A DNA stretch of 64,000 nt from an uncultured Thermotogae bacterium (GTDB lineage: Bacteria; Bipolaricaulota; Bipolaricaulia; UBA7950; UBA9294), in contig CAZSNG010000003.1 in NCBI GenBank assembly GCA_964608345.1, positions 18,764 through 82,763 of the forward strand. Direction: 5' to 3'. Positions 56,816-64,000 of the stretch are shown here, piece by piece (the first letter of the stretch is position 1; every line of letters begins with the position of its first letter). Under the pieces are notes generated by a model, which was not told the DNA's origin, did no database searches, and worked only from the letters and a program-made list of their open reading frames with translations. Both the position numbers and the translations under genes were made by a program.

Positions 56816-58162
56816 ATGCCGTTCCTCTGTTCGGAGTGCGGCTATCGGTCGATCAAGTGGTTCGGTCGATGTCCGAACTGCGGCGCGTGGGATGCCTTCT
56901 CCGAGGACCGCTCCGAGAGCGACGCACCGGCCGAGGCGGCGTCCTGGCTCGGTGAGAAGCTGCGGACGATCGATCGCGTCGGCCTCGACGAGATCGAGCG
57001 CCTGGAGACCGGGATGGGCGAGTTCGATCGTCTCCTCGGCGGCGGGCTGATTCCGGGCGGCGTGATCCTGTTCGGCGGCGAGCCGGGGATCGGCAAGTCG
57101 ACGTTGCTGCTGCAGATCGCACAGCTCCTTGCGCTTCACCGTGGGAACGTCCTCTACGTCTCCGGCGAAGAGTCGGAGGGGCAGGTCAAGCTGCGCGCCA
57201 GCCGGATCGGCGTCGACAGTGAGCGGTTGTACGTGCTTGCCGAGCAGTCGTTGGCGCGGATCACCGCGGCGATCGAGGAGGTCTCACCGGTCGCGCTGAT
57301 CGTCGATTCGATCCAGACGACCGTCGACGAGCGGTCCGCCGGCGAGGCCGGCAGCCTCAAGCAGCTGCGCGAGGTGTCGAGCGAGCTGATCCGCCGGGCG
57401 AAGTCGCGACGGATGGCGACCTTCCTCGTGGGACATATCACCAAGGACGGCGCATTCGCCGGACCGAAGTCGGTCGAGCATCTCGTCGATGTTGCCGTCT
57501 ATCTCGAGGGGAGCCGCGGAGAGGACGTGCGTCTTCTTCGATCGGTGAAGAATCGATTCGGCGCGACCCACGAAGTCGTCGTGTTCCGGATGACTGCGGA
57601 GGGATTGGCCGAGATCGCGGACCCGTCCCGCTTCTTCCTCGAGGACATGGAGGCGGAGCCGAAGCCGGGAGCGGTCGTCGTTCCGATCCTCGAGGGGTCG
57701 CGACCGATTCTCGTCGAGATGCAGGCACTCGTCTCTCCGACCGGCGGGTACGGGGTGCCGCAGCGGCGGTGCACCGGCCTCGACGTCAATCGGGTACTGC
57801 TGATGCTCGCGGTGATGGAGAAGCACCTCGGGATTCAGGCGGGCGGCGCCGACGTCTACCTGAACCTCGCCGGCGGGTTGGAGACGAGAGAGCGTGGGAC
57901 CGATCTCGGCGTCGTTGCCGCAGTCTGCTCGAGCCTGCGCAACCGTCCGCTTGCGGCGAGGATCGCGATCGTCGGGGAGGTCGGGCTGTCCGGCGAGGTT
58001 CGATCGGTCCGTCGCCTCGGCGAGCGTGTTCGCGAAGCAGAGAAGATGGGAATGGAACGTATTGTCGTCCCCAAGTCGGCACGGCCGACGAGCGCGGGGA
58101 AGATCGAGGTCGTCGCCGCCGAGCGAATCGAGCAGGCGGTCGAGGCGATCGGCCTGGCCTAG
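56816..58162 (+). CDS. radA: DNA repair protein RadA (Sms).
   Basis: N-terminal zinc finger: CSECGYRSIKWFGRCPNCGAW. RecA-like Walker A: GEPGIGKSTLLL. C-terminal Lon-like domain. Confidence 0.95.
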   Translation: MPFLCSECGYRSIKWFGRCPNCGAWDAFSEDRSESDAPAEAASWLGEKLRTIDRVGLDEIERLETGMGEFDRLLGGGLIPGGVILFGGEPGIGKSTLLLQIAQLLALHRGNVLYVSGEESEGQVKLRASRIGVDSERLYVLAEQSLARITAAIEEVSPVALIVDSIQTTVDERSAGEAGSLKQLREVSSELIRRAKSRRMATFLVGHITKDGAFAGPKSVEHLVDVAVYLEGSRGEDVRLLRSVKNRFGATHEVVVFRMTAEGLAEIADPSRFFLEDMEAEPKPGAVVVPILEGSRPILVEMQALVSPTGGYGVPQRRCTGLDVNRVLLMLAVMEKHLGIQAGGADVYLNLAGGLETRERGTDLGVVAAVCSSLRNRPLAARIAIVGEVGLSGEVRSVRRLGERVREAEKMGMERIVVPKSARPTSAGKIEVVAAERIEQAVEAIGLA

Positions 58163-58176
58163 GAGGAGAGAACGAG

Positions 58177-59004
58177 ATGAACGACGATCGGATGAACAGG
58201 TTGAACGAGGCGCTCGCCGTGTTCCGGGAGCGTCTGGATGAAACGCCCGACGTGGCGATCACGCTCGGTTCGGGGCTGTCGAAGGCGTTCGGCGTGCCCG
58301 AGGGGGGCGCGATCATTCCCGCCGAGGAGATCCCACACACTCCACGCCCGACCGTGGCGGGTCATGCAGGTGACTTCTGGGCCGGGCGGATCGGCGAGAC
58401 AGCGGTGCTCGTGCAGCGCGGGCGGGCCCACTTCTACGAGGGTCATCCGGTCGACGAGATCGTGTTCGCGACGCGGCTGTTCGCAATGCTTGGCGCGAAG
58501 ACGCTGATCGTGACGAACGCGTCCGGCGCGATCAATCCCGACTTCCGCGCAGGACATCTCGTCCTGATCACCGATCACATCAACATGCTCGGAGTCAATC
58601 CGCTTCACGGTGCGAACCTCGACGAACTCGGTCCGCGGTTCCCCGACATGTCAGCCGCCTACACGCCACAGTTGCGCGCGATGGCAAAGGAAGTCGCCGC
58701 GGCGGAGGGGATCGAGGTGAAGGAGGGCGTGTACGTTGCCGCCCTCGGACCGTCGTACGAGACACCGGCGGAGATCCGGGCGTTCCGCTCGATGGGAGCC
58801 GACCTCGTCGGCATGTCGACCGCCCCCGAGGTGATCGCGGCAGCGCATGCCGGAATGGATATCCTAGGCATCTCCATCGCCACCAATCTGGCTGCCGGCG
58901 TCGATCCGAACGCGACGCTGACCCACGAAGAGGTCATCGAAACGACCGATCGGAAGGGCGCCGAAATGCGCCGTCTGCTGCTCGGAATCATCCCCCGCCT
59001 GTAG
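58177..59004 (+). CDS. Purine nucleoside phosphorylase (PunA/PNP family).
   Basis: AGGAGGAG Shine-Dalgarno at 58161-58168 and ATG at 58177. MNDDRMNRLNEA...GSGL...GHAGDF..G....; phosphate and nucleoside binding motifs of the trimeric PNP family. Confidence 0.85.
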   Translation: MNDDRMNRLNEALAVFRERLDETPDVAITLGSGLSKAFGVPEGGAIIPAEEIPHTPRPTVAGHAGDFWAGRIGETAVLVQRGRAHFYEGHPVDEIVFATRLFAMLGAKTLIVTNASGAINPDFRAGHLVLITDHINMLGVNPLHGANLDELGPRFPDMSAAYTPQLRAMAKEVAAAEGIEVKEGVYVAALGPSYETPAEIRAFRSMGADLVGMSTAPEVIAAAHAGMDILGISIATNLAAGVDPNATLTHEEVIETTDRKGAEMRRLLLGIIPRL

Positions 59005-59029
59005 TTGCGAGGGGTGTTCCGCTCGAGGG

Positions 59030-59440
59030 CTTGCAGTCCGTGCACGGGCCGCCATCACGCTCGCAGGCGTCGACACGACCGCTGTGCCACCCCACGCTGA
59101 AGAGATCGAGATGCCAGATGAAGCGGGCCAAGATGCGGCCGTGTGGGCCAAGAACTGATGCCGAGATCCTGTGCCCGATGTCGCCCGATTCCACAACTTG
59201 CAGTCCGCGAACAGGCCGCTATCACGATCGCAGGAACCCTGAGCAGACGGAACGCGTGCCAGCAGTAGTGTCATCGAAACGATCGATGACGCGGGCCAGA
59301 GAAGCGGCCGCGTGTGCCAGGAAGCCATGTCCATTCTCGGTGCCGAATGCCGCTCCATCCAACAACTTGCAGTCCGCGAATAGGCCGCTATAATGGCGCC
59401 GCCGTTCGGGGACGACTGCCAGGGTCGCTGCGCCGAATGG
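59030..59440. repeat. Tandem repeat of about 168 bp (2.4 copies, about 75% identity) in the 5' region of gdh.
   Basis: Unit starts at 59030, 59197 and 59365 (CTTGCAGTCCGYGMAMRGGCCGCYATMAYG...), with conserved internal blocks gcggccgYgtgKgccaRg and cgMMtgYCgcYcSatYccaacaacttgcag. Confidence 0.65.
59366..59393 (+). promoter_or_regulatory. Candidate gdh promoter (TTGCAG-16-TATAAT) inside the third repeat copy.
   Basis: ttgcag at 59366-59371 and tataat at 59388-59393, about 80 nt upstream of the ATG. Copies 1 and 2 carry degenerate versions (ATCACG, TATCAC). Confidence 0.45.
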
Positions 59441-59472
59441 CATATCTCTAGGGCATTCGGGAGGAACAGTAG

Positions 59473-60729
59473 ATGGCCAGCGAACCCACGCTGAATCCGT
59501 TTGAGATCTCACAGCGCCAGCTCGACAAGGCGGCGGACAAGCTCCAGCTCGACCCACAGGTTCATGCGCTTCTGCGCGAGCCGATGCGGACCCTCGAGGT
59601 TCACTTCCCGGTTCGAATGGACGACGGAATCGTGAAGACGTTTACCGGATTCCGGGTGCAGTACAACGACGCGCGCGGGCCGACCAAGGGTGGCCTCCGC
59701 TATCACCCCGACGAGACGATCGACACGGTGAAGGCGCTCGCCGCGTGGATGACGTGGAAGACCGCGGTCGTCGACATCCCGTATGGCGGTGGCAAGGGCG
59801 GCGTCATCTGCAACCCGAAGGAACTGTCGCAGGGGGAACTCGAGCGCATCTCGCGCGGTTTCATCCGCGCGCTCGGCCGGTACATCGGCCCGGAGAGGGA
59901 CGTTCCCGCACCCGATGTCTACACGACACCCCAGATCATGGGGTGGATGATGGACGAGTACTCGGCCATCGTCGGCTACAACGCTCCTGGCGTCATCACC
60001 GGCAAGCCGATTCCGCTCGGCGGCTCGCTCGGACGGGGCGATGCGACGGCACGTGGCACGGTGTACTGCGTGATCGAAGCGGCGAAGGCGCTTGGCATCG
60101 AGCTGAAGGGCGCAACGGTCGCGATCCAGGGGTACGGAAACGCCGGATACTTCTCCGGCACCCTGATGGAGGAGCTGGCCGGCAGCAAGATCGTTGCGAT
60201 GACCGACTCGCGCGGCGGTGTCTACGACGCGAACGGGATCGACCCCGAAGCGGCGTTCCAGCACAAGCAGAGCACGGGATCGGTTTCCGGCTTCAACGGC
60301 CTCCAGGCGATCACGAACGACGAGGTCCTCGAGCTCGAGGTCGACGTGCTGATTCCCGCGGCGATCGAGAGCGTGATCACAGACAAGAACGCGGCCAACG
60401 TCAAGGCGAAGATCGTCGCCGAGGCCGCGAACGGCCCGACCACGCCGGAGGCGGACGAGATCTTGCACAAGAACGGCGTGTACGTGATTCCCGACTTCCT
60501 GTGCAACGCCGGCGGCGTGACGGTTTCCTACTTCGAGTGGGTCCAGAACATCGGTGGGTTCTACTGGAAGATCGAGGACGTCCACGCTCGGCTCAAGGAA
60601 CGGATGGTCAAGGCGTTCCACGAGACGCACGAGATGGCCAAGCAGCACAACGTCGACAACCGGATTGGCGCGTACATGGTTTCGATCGCGCGGGTCGCGG
60701 AGGCGATGCGACTGCGAGGCTGGGTCTAA
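59473..60729 (+). CDS. gdhA: Glutamate dehydrogenase (Glu/Leu/Phe/Val dehydrogenase family).
   Basis: The catalytic Lys region reads GGGKGG. The NAD(P)-binding motif reads GYGNAGYF. 418 aa. Confidence 0.9.
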   Translation: MASEPTLNPFEISQRQLDKAADKLQLDPQVHALLREPMRTLEVHFPVRMDDGIVKTFTGFRVQYNDARGPTKGGLRYHPDETIDTVKALAAWMTWKTAVVDIPYGGGKGGVICNPKELSQGELERISRGFIRALGRYIGPERDVPAPDVYTTPQIMGWMMDEYSAIVGYNAPGVITGKPIPLGGSLGRGDATARGTVYCVIEAAKALGIELKGATVAIQGYGNAGYFSGTLMEELAGSKIVAMTDSRGGVYDANGIDPEAAFQHKQSTGSVSGFNGLQAITNDEVLELEVDVLIPAAIESVITDKNAANVKAKIVAEAANGPTTPEADEILHKNGVYVIPDFLCNAGGVTVSYFEWVQNIGGFYWKIEDVHARLKERMVKAFHETHEMAKQHNVDNRIGAYMVSIARVAEAMRLRGWV

Positions 60730-60758
60730 ACGCGAGCACCTCCTTGACGGTACAACCT

Positions 60759-60793
60759 GCGGGGCTCCCATGCGGAGCCCCGCATTCTCTTTG
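60759..60793 (+). terminator. Rho-independent terminator of gdh.
   Basis: gcggggctcc-catgc-ggagccccgc is a 10-bp stem, followed by ATTCTCTTTG. Confidence 0.6.
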
Positions 60794-60832
60794 CCGGTGG
60801 CGCTTCGACGCGAGACCGGCTAGTCTGCACCC

Positions 60833-61294
60833 ATGACGGAGAGTCCAGCAAACGCATTGGCCGCCTCTCATTCCGTAGAACACATCCTCAACGCTGTGAT
60901 GCAGCGAGACTTCGGCACCGGGCGGAGCGTCGAAGCGCACTTCGGGGCGAAGAAATCGAAGGTCGACTACCGCGTCGATCATCCGCTCGGTGAGGACGAC
61001 CTTCGAAGGATCGAGGCCGCGGTCAACGCCGAGATCGACCGAGATCTGCCGGTGACATCGTTCGTCGTTCCGCGTGCCGAGGCCGAGGAGCGTCTCGACA
61101 TGGGGAAGGTCCCCGCATCGGCCGAGTCGATACGCATCGTGACGATCGGCGATCTCGACGTGATTCCGTGCGTCGGGGAGCACGTCGAGCGAACGGGCCA
61201 GATCGGCCGATTCGAGATCCGCAGCGCCGAGATGCGGAGCGAGGATCGGATTCGGATTCGGTTCCGGCTTGGCAACCGGACGGAAGGAGCCTGA
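60833..61294 (+). CDS. AlaX-S-like trans-editing protein (tRNA synthetase second additional domain, tRNA_SAD).
   Basis: 153 aa. The HxxxH motif reads SHSVEHILN. The downstream Cys-His zinc ligands read CVGEHV. Confidence 0.6.
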   Translation: MTESPANALAASHSVEHILNAVMQRDFGTGRSVEAHFGAKKSKVDYRVDHPLGEDDLRRIEAAVNAEIDRDLPVTSFVVPRAEAEERLDMGKVPASAESIRIVTIGDLDVIPCVGEHVERTGQIGRFEIRSAEMRSEDRIRIRFRLGNRTEGA

Positions 61295-61998
61295 TGAGTG
61301 GCGAAGGATCGATCGACCTGAAGGCGCTGCTTGTGGAGATCCAGGGCGGTTCGTTCGCGATGGGCGGGGACACGGAACCGGACCACCGGCCGGTCCACGA
61401 AGTCGAGGTTTCCGCGTTCCTGCTGACGAGGAACCACATCACCAATGCGCAGTACGCCGTCTTCTGCCAAGCGACCGATCATAGGCTCCCGGAGTTCTGG
61501 GGCGAGGATCGGTTCCGATCCGGACCCGCGTTCCCCGATCATCCGGTCGTCGGTGTCAGCTGGCAGGATGCGGCCGCGTTCGCGGAGTGGGCTGGCGGTC
61601 GGCTCGTGACCGAGGCCGAGTGGGAGTACGCCGCCCGCGGCGGGCTTGTCGGGAAGGCGTACCCGTTCGGCGACGAGATCGATCCGAGTTGGGCGAACTA
61701 CGCTCGCACAGGGACGACGGGCATCGTGCCGGTCGGCAGCTACGATCCAAACGGCTTCGGGCTGCATGACATGTGCGGCAACGTAGTCGAGTGGGTCGCC
61801 GACCGCTACGGAGCGGACTACTACCCGCGCTCGTTGATCGCGAATCCGCAGGGGCCCGACGCGGGCAAGCATCGCGTGATCCGCGGTGGTGGGTGGCACT
61901 CCGGTCCGTACTGCGTCCGCGTCGACTTTCGCAACGCGCTGCCGGCCAACTGGGTCGACTTCGCGGTGGGGTTCCGCGTTGCGAAGGGTCGCCGCTAG
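61294..61998 (+). CDS. Formylglycine-generating enzyme (FGE/SUMF1-type) domain protein.
   Basis: GGAAGGAG Shine-Dalgarno. 1-nt overlap with the preceding stop (ctgATG). FGE-sulfatase motifs: RGGSW-like RGGGWHS, CGNVVEWV, YRVVRGG-like HRVIRGGGW. Confidence 0.8.
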   Translation: MSGEGSIDLKALLVEIQGGSFAMGGDTEPDHRPVHEVEVSAFLLTRNHITNAQYAVFCQATDHRLPEFWGEDRFRSGPAFPDHPVVGVSWQDAAAFAEWAGGRLVTEAEWEYAARGGLVGKAYPFGDEIDPSWANYARTGTTGIVPVGSYDPNGFGLHDMCGNVVEWVADRYGADYYPRSLIANPQGPDAGKHRVIRGGGWHSGPYCVRVDFRNALPANWVDFAVGFRVAKGRR

Positions 61999-62768
61999 CC
62001 GCGGACGAGTCGGAGCAGTTCTTCGAGAAGAAGGCCGTTCGTCGAGATGGCCTCGCGGCCGTGGATCGTCGGCGATCCGGACCAGTCGGTGAAACTCCCC
62101 CCGGCCTCCTTGAGGATCGGCGGGAATGGGCCGCAGTCCCAGGCGTTCATGATCGGGTCGAGCGCAATGTCGGCGCGCCCGGTGGCGACGAGTGCGTGAC
62201 CATAGGCATCGCTCCAGCCGGCGCAGATCGACGCGGCGCGCTGAATCCGCTCCCACGCCTCGGCTCGACCGAACTCGGCGAAACTGGCAGGGTCGGTGAA
62301 GCAGACGGTGGCCCGCGCCAGCTCCGAGGTGGTGGAGACGCGGACCGGGCGGCCGTTCCACCTGCATCCCTGTCCGGTCGCTGCGCTGACCATCTCGTCG
62401 AGCGCCGGGAAGTAGGCGGCACCGACTTCGACCGTCCCCTCGATCTCGAGCGCCAGCAGAACACCGTACAGCGGGACGCCGTGAACGAAGGCTTTCGTGC
62501 CGTCGATCGGATCGACGATCCAGCGATGCGGCGCGTCGTCACGCCCAGTCTGTCCGAACTCCTCTCCGAGGATCGCGTGCGACGGGTAGGTGCGTTGGAT
62601 GCGGGAGCGGATCAGCTCCTCCGCCTTGCGGTCGGCGATCGTGACCGGGGATTCGTCGGTCTTGAGGTCCGGCACGATCCCGGTCTGGAAGTAGCCGAGC
62701 GTCAGCCGGCCGGCCAGATACGCGGTCTCCACCGCGAAGTCGAGCTCGTCTCGATAGGCTGCTGTCAT
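61995..62768 (-). CDS. Inositol monophosphatase family protein (SuhB/HisN-like).
   Basis: IMPase motifs: WIVDPIDGT and DAYGHALVATGR (WD..A). 257 aa. Confidence 0.8.
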   Translation of the reverse strand: MTAAYRDELDFAVETAYLAGRLTLGYFQTGIVPDLKTDESPVTIADRKAEELIRSRIQRTYPSHAILGEEFGQTGRDDAPHRWIVDPIDGTKAFVHGVPLYGVLLALEIEGTVEVGAAYFPALDEMVSAATGQGCRWNGRPVRVSTTSELARATVCFTDPASFAEFGRAEAWERIQRAASICAGWSDAYGHALVATGRADIALDPIMNAWDCGPFPPILKEAGGSFTDWSGSPTIHGREAISTNGLLLEELLRLVRG

Positions 62769-62834
62769 GTGCGAGGCACCTCCGGGCGCTGATGATGCGC
62801 GAAGCTCGCCGGATGCACCAACGGTGCTGTCGTG

Positions 62835-63812
62835 CTACGTCGTTGCGAGTTCCGGCTTGGAGAAGATCGCGTCGTAGCGAGCGCGCAGCAAGGAGACGAT
62901 CTGCTCCACGGTCGAGGACGCGGTTGCGACGTCGGCCAGCGGAATCGGATCGGCGAATCGGATCCGCACCGGCTGTCGGCTGAATGCGCTCGCCTTGAGG
63001 CGCGCGAGCGGACTGGTCATCAGGTGAGCGTAGACCTGCTGGTTGGTGCAGTTCTCCTCCCGGACGGGGATGAGGTACGCGGGACGGTCGCTCGGGGCGT
63101 CCTGCAGCTGCTTGATCAGCGAGCCGATGCCCGGATACCAGCGACGGTCCCGTTTGCCGCCGCCACCGGGGCAGATCATCGCGCTGCCGCCCAACCGGAT
63201 GTGGCTCGCGCCGCGGTTGAGGCTCTGGTGATTGATCGCCCGCGCCTCTTCCGGGGTCGGCGCGTCGTGCAACAGCGAAACCAGCCGATACGCGAGGACT
63301 CGCTTCCATCCGCCGCGCTGCCATTCGGTTCGGGATCGCGTCAGCGGGACCTCCATCGGGAAGGAGATCTCCCCGAAGCTCGGAATCAGCCGACAGACGT
63401 AGCTCGTCGAGAAGTAGCGAAGGTCGGTGCGATCGACGCTCGCTGCGACAAGAAACGGCGTCAGCAGGGACGGGTGATTGCCGAAGAAGATCGCAGGCTC
63501 CTTCGCTGCGATCTCTCGGCAGGCGGTCGGGACGACGCTCTCCCAAAGCATCCCGGTTCGACGAAGGAATCGAAGGCAGCCGTCGTGAAGGCCGCGCCCC
63601 GCGATGTCTCGATCGAGCCGGACGGCCAGCTCGAGGAACGTCTTCAGCGGATAGAACCGCTCGATCGAGGAGATCGCCGCACGCAGAGCGGCCGACTCCT
63701 GCGAGGCGGAGTTGTAGGTGCGAAGGAGCTCCGCGCCGTCTCCCGCCTCGTACGCCGCGCGCATGCAACCGAGGGTCGCGCGGGCCGATCGGAAACCCAC
63801 CCTGTGTCTCAT
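62835..63812 (-). CDS. Hypothetical protein, possibly an LPLAT-like acyltransferase.
   Basis: The start is the ATG at 63812 (MRHRVGF...) with GAGGGGGA upstream. The degenerate motif FFGNHPSLLT and the later CPGGGGKR loosely resemble acyltransferase motifs I and III. No firm assignment. Confidence 0.4.
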   Translation of the reverse strand: MRHRVGFRSARATLGCMRAAYEAGDGAELLRTYNSASQESAALRAAISSIERFYPLKTFLELAVRLDRDIAGRGLHDGCLRFLRRTGMLWESVVPTACREIAAKEPAIFFGNHPSLLTPFLVAASVDRTDLRYFSTSYVCRLIPSFGEISFPMEVPLTRSRTEWQRGGWKRVLAYRLVSLLHDAPTPEEARAINHQSLNRGASHIRLGGSAMICPGGGGKRDRRWYPGIGSLIKQLQDAPSDRPAYLIPVREENCTNQQVYAHLMTSPLARLKASAFSRQPVRIRFADPIPLADVATASSTVEQIVSLLRARYDAIFSKPELATT

Positions 63813-63895
63813 CCTGTCCCCCTCACGACGTCTCGCGAGACCCCGCATCTTCGGCGATGGCGTCGGGCGTTTCAATGAAGTCTGTCCCCTTGTCC

Positions 63896-64000
63896 TCAGA
63901 GCTCTGCCCGCAAGTAGCGGGTCCACAGATCACTGACGAGGCCGACCGGGTCGCTCCGCACACCGAGCTTGGAGAAGAACGCGCAGACGTTCGTGATGTC
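63896..64000 (-). CDS. 3' end of a gene of unknown function, 5'-partial in window (stop codon at 63896, N-terminus beyond the window edge).
   Basis: Open frame reading ...DITNVCAFFSKLGVRSDPVGLVSDLWTRYLRAEL* up to a TGA whose complement is at 63896-63898. Confidence 0.3.
   Translation of the reverse strand, partial: DITNVCAFFSKLGVRSDPVGLVSDLWTRYLRAEL

Noticed and set aside
59031-59393. 120-aa ORF within the gdh upstream repeats.
   Set aside because: It lies entirely within the tandem repeat, has low-complexity composition and no RBS. It is judged non-coding.
59030-59440. Possible CRISPR array suggested by the direct repeats.
   Set aside because: The period of about 168 bp is far too long. 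The repeats are imperfect, there is no short repeat/spacer structure, and no cas genes are present.

Overview
This is a 64-kb, roughly 68% GC bacterial chromosomal window. It is tightly packed, with many 4-nt ATGA overlaps between adjacent genes, and is mostly housekeeping. Recognisable blocks include a Firmicutes/Chloroflexi-style heat-shock operon hrcA-grpE-dnaK-dnaJ preceded by a CIRCE element. Secretion genes are present as secA, secG, secF and the yidC-jag-mnmE cluster. There is a glmU(C-terminal domain only)-prs-ctc-pth block, clpC-radA, nrdD-nrdG, the lipoprotein maturation genes lnt and lgt, lptB with an OstA-like partner, pyrG, and several aminoacyl-tRNA synthetase genes (hisS, trpS). 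The 5' end of the window carries an ECF sigma/anti-sigma operon that runs into a PEGA/PKD-repeat surface protein gene. No transposase, integrase, CRISPR array, tRNA or rRNA gene was seen. The main things worth a second look are: (i) a lower-GC orphan ORF wedged between nrdD and nrdG; (ii) a 168-bp tandem repeat (2.4 copies) reiterating a promoter-like module upstream of gdh; (iii) two palindrome-dense convergent intergenic regions sharing a TGTAGGCGAGCT motif (REP/MITE-like); (iv) a tandem pair of secreted paralogs beside a ferredoxin, one copy carrying a 1-nt frameshift; (v) a duplicated remnant of the dnaK 3' end in the dnaK-dnaJ spacer; (vi) a stand-alone GlmU acetyltransferase domain; (vii) an anti-sigma factor with an extracytoplasmic CBM48-like domain. 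All calls rest on reading the ORF translations and the sequence by eye; no database searches were run. Many long ORFs in the supplied track are GC-rich antisense or alternative-frame artefacts and were not used.
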